A DNA stretch of 64,000 nt from Candidatus Bathyarchaeota archaeon. GTDB lineage: Archaea; Thermoproteota; Bathyarchaeia; Bathyarchaeales; Bathycorpusculaceae. The translations under genes and the position numbers were made by a program. A model generated the notes under the pieces. The model did not search any database and was not told the origin of the DNA. It worked only from the letters and a program-made list of their open reading frames with translations. How positions within the stretch are numbered: position 1 is the stretch's first letter; each line of letters begins with the position of its first letter. The stretch covers positions 32,001 to 96,000 of the forward strand of contig CAWHDT010000001.1 of assembly GCA_963828195.1 (NCBI GenBank), written 5' to 3'. Below are positions 58,498 to 64,000 of this stretch, piece after piece.

Positions 58498-59361
58498 TTG
58501 AAAGTTGATTTGGTCATGTGGACTTTAAACGGGGAAAAAACTTTGCCGCTTGTCCTTAGCCGCATCAATGAAGTCGTCCCTAAAGATGTTGTTAACCAAA
58601 AATTGATTGTTGACGACGGCAGCAAAGATAACACAGTTGCTATAGCAAGAAAATGCGGTTGGAACGTCATAAAAAACAAGGGCAAAGGAATAAGCGACGG
58701 CGCAAACACTGCGCTGAAACATGTCCAAACTAGCTATTTTTGCAGTTTCGAACAAGACGTTTTTTTATCCCGCGATTGGTGGAGTAAAGTTTCAGCTTTA
58801 ATTTTGAATAAAAAAGATGTGGGCGCCGCCTGTGGACTGCGTTTCCTTCCCCGAAGCAACTTCTGCTTCAGCATTGAACCCTATCAGCTAACACGGAAAG
58901 ACGTTGATTTCTACGGCGGTTTCGGAAAAACATTAGACAACACGATTTGGAACACAGATGCGTTGAGGTCTGTAGGCGGATTTCCGAAGGTTAATTTTGC
59001 CGGCATCGACACCTTTGTTCTTAATTTGCTTGAGTCAAAAGGGTACAGTTGGCTGGTGGATTATGATGTTAAAAGCTTACATCTGCATTATGGCGGCGTT
59101 TGGAGTGAGTTTAAACATTACTATTTTTATGGATTAAGCTTGCCTCAGATTTACAGCCGCCTAAGAAACATGCGTGCCTTCTACCAAAATGAAAATGTAA
59201 GCAACCTTTTTCTAAGATTTGTGAAGTCGCCAGTTTCGAGTTTAAAGATGTCTTTGCGGATGCATGATTCCCGATTGATGCTGTGTTACCCCATAATCAG
59301 GTTATGTTGGCTCTTAGGGTACATTCGCGGGACGAGTTGGCAAAATAAGCCAATAAAATGA
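58498..59361 (+). CDS. Glycosyltransferase family 2
   Basis: 'IVDDGSKDNT', 'FEQD', 'VGGFP'. Confidence 0.85.
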   Translation: MKVDLVMWTLNGEKTLPLVLSRINEVVPKDVVNQKLIVDDGSKDNTVAIARKCGWNVIKNKGKGISDGANTALKHVQTSYFCSFEQDVFLSRDWWSKVSALILNKKDVGAACGLRFLPRSNFCFSIEPYQLTRKDVDFYGGFGKTLDNTIWNTDALRSVGGFPKVNFAGIDTFVLNLLESKGYSWLVDYDVKSLHLHYGGVWSEFKHYYFYGLSLPQIYSRLRNMRAFYQNENVSNLFLRFVKSPVSSLKMSLRMHDSRLMLCYPIIRLCWLLGYIRGTSWQNKPIK

Positions 59362-59404
59362 AAAATTGAAATTCCCCGATGCGTTGCTGAAAAAACTCTA
59401 TTAA

Positions 59405-60349
59405 CTATTTCTTGAATTCTTCAAAAAGCATCTGCAACCCTTTTTTTAAATCGACGGTAGCGCTGAAACCTAAGGTTTCTTTAGCCTTAGCTGGGTCGCC
59501 ATAGCTGTCTCGTATGTCGCCTATCCTTGCAGGTCCATGCTTAACTTCGGGTTTTTTTCCCGCAACATCCTTCAAAGAAGACACAAGCTGATTAATGCTT
59601 GTGGGAACGCCCGTACAAACATTAAAAGCCTCGCCTTTCAATCCATCAGTCTCCAGAGCCAAAACAACGGCGTTAACAACATCACTTACATGTATGAAAT
59701 CTCGAGTCTGCTCTCCGTCGCCGTCGATGGTTAAGGCTTCGCCGTTTATTATTTTTTTAATGAACTTTGTGATAACGCCGCTGTAAGGGCTGTTTTCGCT
59801 TCTTAAACCGTAAATATTGAAAAACCTCAATGCAACCGCGTCAACCCCAAAGCAGCTTGCGAATGCACTGCAATAAGCTTCACCAGCAACTTTTGAGGCA
59901 GCGTAGGGAGAAATCGGGTGAACAGCAAAACTTTCTTGAATTGGAAGGGTCTTCACGTCGCCGTAAACCGCGGTTGAAGAGGCAAAAACAAACTTCTTTA
60001 CTTCATGCTTGATTGATGCGTGGAGCATATTGAAGGTTCCATCTACGTTAACTTCATGATTTTTAATCGGGTCAGCAACAGAAGCAGATATGTCAATTAA
60101 GGCAGCAAGATGAATGACAGATTCAACCCCTTCAAAAACGTCTTGCAGAATAGTCTTATCAAGTATGTCTCCGCGTTTAAAACGAAGCTTAGGATGGTCA
60201 ATTACTCCACTTAGATTCTCTAACTTTCCAGCAGATAAATTATCCAGCACGGTTACAGAGTAGCCTAATTTAAGAAGACGGGGAACCAAATGTGAGCCGA
60301 TGAAACCTGCGCCGCCAGTCACGAGAACGCTTCTGCGAGTTTTGTTCAT
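59405..60349 (-). CDS. NAD-dependent epimerase/dehydratase (UDP-glucose 4-epimerase-like)
   Basis: 'TGGAGFIGSH', 'ASSTAVYG', 'PYAASK', 'QTRDFIHV'. Confidence 0.93.
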   Translation of the reverse strand: MNKTRRSVLVTGGAGFIGSHLVPRLLKLGYSVTVLDNLSAGKLENLSGVIDHPKLRFKRGDILDKTILQDVFEGVESVIHLAALIDISASVADPIKNHEVNVDGTFNMLHASIKHEVKKFVFASSTAVYGDVKTLPIQESFAVHPISPYAASKVAGEAYCSAFASCFGVDAVALRFFNIYGLRSENSPYSGVITKFIKKIINGEALTIDGDGEQTRDFIHVSDVVNAVVLALETDGLKGEAFNVCTGVPTSINQLVSSLKDVAGKKPEVKHGPARIGDIRDSYGDPAKAKETLGFSATVDLKKGLQMLFEEFKK

Positions 60350-60554
60350 AATGCTCTTTCAACGTTTATGAATTAAAATTAATATTGCTTTCGCATAAGA
60401 TTTAATTTAGAAAAAAATTATCTTAGTTCATTCAAGCTTTGATCCCCAAGTATTATTGTCATAATGCTTAGCCCGGCTTTTTCGATTATAAATAGCATAC
60501 GCTATAGCTTACAGAAAATCTTGTTTTACGTTGTTTTTTGGTTATCGCCCTTCA

Positions 60555-61721
60555 TTATACCAGCGATGCTACCAAAGCTATCGCTCTTGCCGCAGTATCT
60601 AAATCCAGCTTGCCCGTATTCAAAACCAAATCGTAAATCGCTGGGTCTTCCCAATCAAGGTTGTAAGATCTCTGCAGGTATTCAGCCGACGCTTTGTCAT
60701 TGTCTTCAATCAACTTTAAAGCGTCTTCTTGACTTAAATTTCCGCTCTTCATAATTCTTTTAACCCTAACTGCCGTGGGAGCAACTATTCTCACGTGAAG
60801 GGCACCTACCTTATTCTTCAATATCGCTTGTCCACCGCGTCCTACAATAACCGTTTTTCCTCGGCTAGCCAAATTATTGATAACCGTTTGAATTACGGAG
60901 AGGCATTCCTCCTCGTCAAGGTTTTTTCTGATTTGCACATTGTCTTTCAAGTTCTGGGAATCAATGATAGTCGTCTTGCGAAGCAAAATTTTATCCACGA
61001 TACTCTTAACTTTATAAGTGTCTTCACAAAAATCCGCGATTTCTTCCTCAGATACACCTAGGCTTTTGCCTACACTTACCATCAAACTCTTATCGAAATA
61101 AGCGCAATCAAGAATTTTGCTGACTTTTAAGGCAATTTCGTCTCCGCCGCTGCCCACCTGCCTCGAAACCGTTATGATGGTAGGCACGACTGTTTCCACT
61201 TTTTCCTCCGACGTAGCCTGTGCTAAAACTTTTTTTATTTCCTGGTAATTTGGCTCAACCGTCGGCTTCTCGGCAATCCAGGTGTAACGCACAAAGCCGT
61301 TTTCGTCAAGGATGAAGATTGAGCGTTTAGCTATCGGGTAACAGCCACTTCCCCAGCGGCAGGCACTTGATTCACCCTCTTGCCCACTTAAATCGGGCAC
61401 TTCGAGCCCGTATGCTTCGATGACTTCGTGCTTGTGATCGCTAAGTATTGGGAAGGTAAGCATGTTTTTCTTGGCAAGGCCCTTATTTGCAGAAGGAACG
61501 TTTATGTCTATTCCGACGATTTGAGCGTTCAAATCAATTAGCTGCCCCACCGAATCTCGAAACTCACATATCTCTTTAGTGCAATTTGAAGTAAAAGCTC
61601 CAACAAAGAAAACTAACACGACTTTTTGCCCTAAAAACTCTTTGAGACTTCTGGTTCTTTTGTTAACATCGGGCAAATTGAAGTCGGGCGCCTTGTCTCC
61701 AATTTTAACTTTATTTACCAT
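60555..61721 (-). CDS. Peroxiredoxin (BCP/AhpE-like) fused to a cytidylate-kinase-like domain
   Basis: 'APDFNL', 'AFTSNCTKEIC', 'KRSIFILD'; then 'ITVSRQVGSGGDEIA', 'IVGRGG', 'YDLVLNT'. Confidence 0.85.
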   Translation of the reverse strand: MVNKVKIGDKAPDFNLPDVNKRTRSLKEFLGQKVVLVFFVGAFTSNCTKEICEFRDSVGQLIDLNAQIVGIDINVPSANKGLAKKNMLTFPILSDHKHEVIEAYGLEVPDLSGQEGESSACRWGSGCYPIAKRSIFILDENGFVRYTWIAEKPTVEPNYQEIKKVLAQATSEEKVETVVPTIITVSRQVGSGGDEIALKVSKILDCAYFDKSLMVSVGKSLGVSEEEIADFCEDTYKVKSIVDKILLRKTTIIDSQNLKDNVQIRKNLDEEECLSVIQTVINNLASRGKTVIVGRGGQAILKNKVGALHVRIVAPTAVRVKRIMKSGNLSQEDALKLIEDNDKASAEYLQRSYNLDWEDPAIYDLVLNTGKLDLDTAARAIALVASLV

Positions 61722-61834
61722 AAAAACTAGCCCGTCTAGAATTATAAGATACCCGCTTGTATAAACATAGTGCTAGCGGAAATAAGCCACTTTCGCTAAG
61801 TCTAATTAGTTTTCTCTAACTGGTTTTTGTTGTT

Positions 61835-62788
61835 TTAGTTAAGTGTTGAGTAAATCTTAAGAAGCTTCTGAACAAGAACGGGAGCTGAATGGGCGGCGTT
61901 TACAAAGTCAAGTTGTTCCTTTACTCTGGTTTCTTTTTCGTTTTGGTTGCTGAGAAGTTTTTGGATTATTTCTGCGGTTGCCGCGGGGTCTTTTAGCTCT
62001 TCCAATGGAATTGAAGGAAAATATTTGTTCGATACGGAGTGGACGACTGGGCGCCCGCACGCCATGGCTTCGATCGCTATGGTATCTAAATGTTCACGGC
62101 CAACGGCGAAGCTTCCTAAAACCAAGTCGCTTTCCCAGAACAATTCATTCATCGAGCCATGAGGAACTTTGCTGATAAAATCAATGTCCAGCTTTAGCTC
62201 TTTTGCAAGCTGCTTTGTTTTCTCCAGATCTCTGCCGGCGTTAAAGGTTTTGACCTTAATCTTTTCAGGAACAAATGAAACCGCCCGCAGCAACTTGTCG
62301 GTGCCTTTTACGTTAAAGTCAGGGACCGATGCCAGAAAAACTTGGTATTCGGGTCTTTTTTCGGCTAATGCTTTGGGATAAAAGATTTCGGGGTCGAATG
62401 GTATGGGAAAGTATTCTGCGGTTTCGTTGTATTCTTTTGCAGTGCTAAGAACTGTAGGCTGGGCTACAATTATTTTGTTGCAGCTCTTTAAATTGCTTTT
62501 AACGATTCTGCCCCATTTTCGGCTTTGCAATGTTTCACGCAGGTCGCTTCCATGCGCGTGGCCGACGAGAGGTTTCTTGCCTAAGTGCGAGGCGATGTAG
62601 CAGTCCTGAAGCAGATAGTGAACGTGGTACAAGTCGCCTTTGGCCCTGAGAATCTTGTAGGATATGCCAAAAGTTTTGTTCCAGAGCCCCCTGGTCCTTT
62701 TGATATGCTGCTTTTCAATGTCTGCTGGAAAATATTTCAGCAATGTTTCTCCGACGTAAGCGCAATCGTTAATCATTACGACTTTCAT
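61835..62788 (-). CDS. Glycosyltransferase family 4
   Basis: 'HAHGSD', 'KGTD', 'IEAMACGRPVV'. Confidence 0.85.
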   Translation of the reverse strand: MKVVMINDCAYVGETLLKYFPADIEKQHIKRTRGLWNKTFGISYKILRAKGDLYHVHYLLQDCYIASHLGKKPLVGHAHGSDLRETLQSRKWGRIVKSNLKSCNKIIVAQPTVLSTAKEYNETAEYFPIPFDPEIFYPKALAEKRPEYQVFLASVPDFNVKGTDKLLRAVSFVPEKIKVKTFNAGRDLEKTKQLAKELKLDIDFISKVPHGSMNELFWESDLVLGSFAVGREHLDTIAIEAMACGRPVVHSVSNKYFPSIPLEELKDPAATAEIIQKLLSNQNEKETRVKEQLDFVNAAHSAPVLVQKLLKIYSTLN

Positions 62789-62876
62789 GGGGCATCCGAA
62801 CCATCAGCTATCAGTTAAGCAGTTGCTTCTTTTAATTGTAACCTTTTCACCTGGCAAATGCGCATTTGTTTTTTGT

Positions 62877-63758
62877 TCAGGTGCATTCTTTATGGGTGTT
62901 ACCAGTTTTCTTCTCCAGCGCCTCTACTCTTTTTGCAATTTTAGCTATTTCTTTTTGGATGGTCTCGTCTTTAACTTCTTCTTTTCGTTTCTCATTAGAC
63001 TCTAAAATCAGACGCAAAAACTCCGAGTCGTAAACCGACAGCAGCAATTCAGTGTTGGGTATCAAGCAGTGCCCGCCGATTACACCTGGAAACATAACAG
63101 GCCTATCGAACCTTACAAGATGAGTGTCCTCAAGAAAATCAACGGCTTCGTCGAAGTCAGCGCCAAAAGCCCTTGAAATGCGGTGCATCTCTTGAAAACA
63201 CGCAATCATCCAGGCACGGTAAGTGGTCTCGAAAAGCTTAGCCAACTCGGTATCCGTAGCGCTTTTAAGAACTTTCACTTTTAAACCTAATTTCTCAAAG
63301 TGCGTCTGAGCAGCCTGCGCAGCAAGCATGTTTGCGCCGCCAACATATTTAGTCCAACGCTTCATTTCCCATTTCATATGCTCAGAACTTGTATGCACGC
63401 CGCGGGATGGCGAATGAGCGACGAGGCACCTGCATTTTTCAGCCACCTTCATAGTGGTTCCAGGCGGAACGGTGCTGTTGATGATTGTGAGTTTTGGCTT
63501 AAACTCTTGAACGTAGCCGACTGTTACGTCTGCGAATTTTTGCTGGCTACTGCAGGGTAGGCAAATATGCATGGTGTCTATTTGAAGGGGAACATTTTTT
63601 CTGTTTTGATTTAGATCCTGCATTTTGGTTTGATCCAAATCCAGGCCGTAAACATCAAAACTGTTTTTGGCATCATTTGTTAATGCAAAAAGGGTATGTC
63701 CGATTTCGCCTAACCCTATAATTAGAACTGTCTCTTTAGCCAAGACGCTTGCCTCCAT
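62877..63758 (-). CDS. UDP-glucose/GDP-mannose dehydrogenase family, short form lacking the C-terminal domain
   Basis: 'IGLGEIG', 'STVPPGT', 'ELAKLFETTYRA', 'GGHCL'. Confidence 0.85.
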   Translation of the reverse strand: MEASVLAKETVLIIGLGEIGHTLFALTNDAKNSFDVYGLDLDQTKMQDLNQNRKNVPLQIDTMHICLPCSSQQKFADVTVGYVQEFKPKLTIINSTVPPGTTMKVAEKCRCLVAHSPSRGVHTSSEHMKWEMKRWTKYVGGANMLAAQAAQTHFEKLGLKVKVLKSATDTELAKLFETTYRAWMIACFQEMHRISRAFGADFDEAVDFLEDTHLVRFDRPVMFPGVIGGHCLIPNTELLLSVYDSEFLRLILESNEKRKEEVKDETIQKEIAKIAKRVEALEKKTGNTHKECT

Positions 63759-63815
63759 CGTTGGAAAGCAAGTTAATGTTAAACTATTTAAATCTGGAGC
63801 CCGAAAGAACAGTTT

Positions 63816-64000
63816 ATGCTGAACCCTAAAAAAGGCACTGGCATAGTTACAGGCGTCAACGTGGAAATAGGCAAAGACGTTGCCATTTGGAATTACGTTG
63901 TAATAGGCGATAACGCAAAAATCGGCGACGGAACCAGCATAGGCAGCTTCTGCGACATAGGCAAAGATGTGGTTTTAGGCAAAAAATGCAACATACAAGC
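63816..64000 (+). CDS. Hexapeptide-repeat (LbH) acyltransferase, truncated by window edge
   Basis: MLNPKKGTGIVTGVNVEIGKDVAIWNYVVIGDNAKIGDGTSIGSFCDIGKDVVLG with IGxxxx repeats. Confidence 0.8.
   Translation, partial: MLNPKKGTGIVTGVNVEIGKDVAIWNYVVIGDNAKIGDGTSIGSFCDIGKDVVLGKKCNIQ

Noticed and set aside
1-64000. CRISPR arrays, rRNA, transposases/integrases, selenoprotein TGA read-through, antisense ORFs in the track
   Set aside because: No regularly spaced repeats, rRNA-like tracts or recombinase motifs seen by eye; redox ORFs are uninterrupted; the short antisense ORFs lie within well-supported genes

Overview
Archaeal chromosomal segment. The gene repertoire (TFB, Alba, L7Ae/S28e/L24e/L40e, Gar1, Hel308, RtcB/archease, Mtd, FrhB-like) and style are most consistent with a Bathyarchaeia-like TACK archaeon, which is an inference. 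It runs from an accessory stress block next to a tRNA-Gly(TCC) gene (1-7 kb), through housekeeping and C1/redox genes (12-23 kb), a complete DapL-type lysine operon (23.8-30 kb), information-processing genes and sucCD (30-45 kb), an Fe-S cluster locus (45.8-49.1 kb) and a surface-glycosylation cluster (49.3-64 kb). The main candidate for an undescribed system is an F420-dependent Mtd next to an NAD(P)-dependent MtdB-like enzyme with a long unknown (TraB/TIKI-like?) N-terminal domain, convergent with an AbrB-PhoU regulator; both promoters carry the same GTATATAC-based motif. Other notable items are an IscS-like protein with a degenerate active site paired with IscU and an intact SufS, a peroxiredoxin/cytidylate-kinase-like fusion, and small genes absent from the ORF track (L40e, and a YjzC-like gene with an in-frame TAG). 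All family calls come from motifs recognised by eye; no database searches were run.
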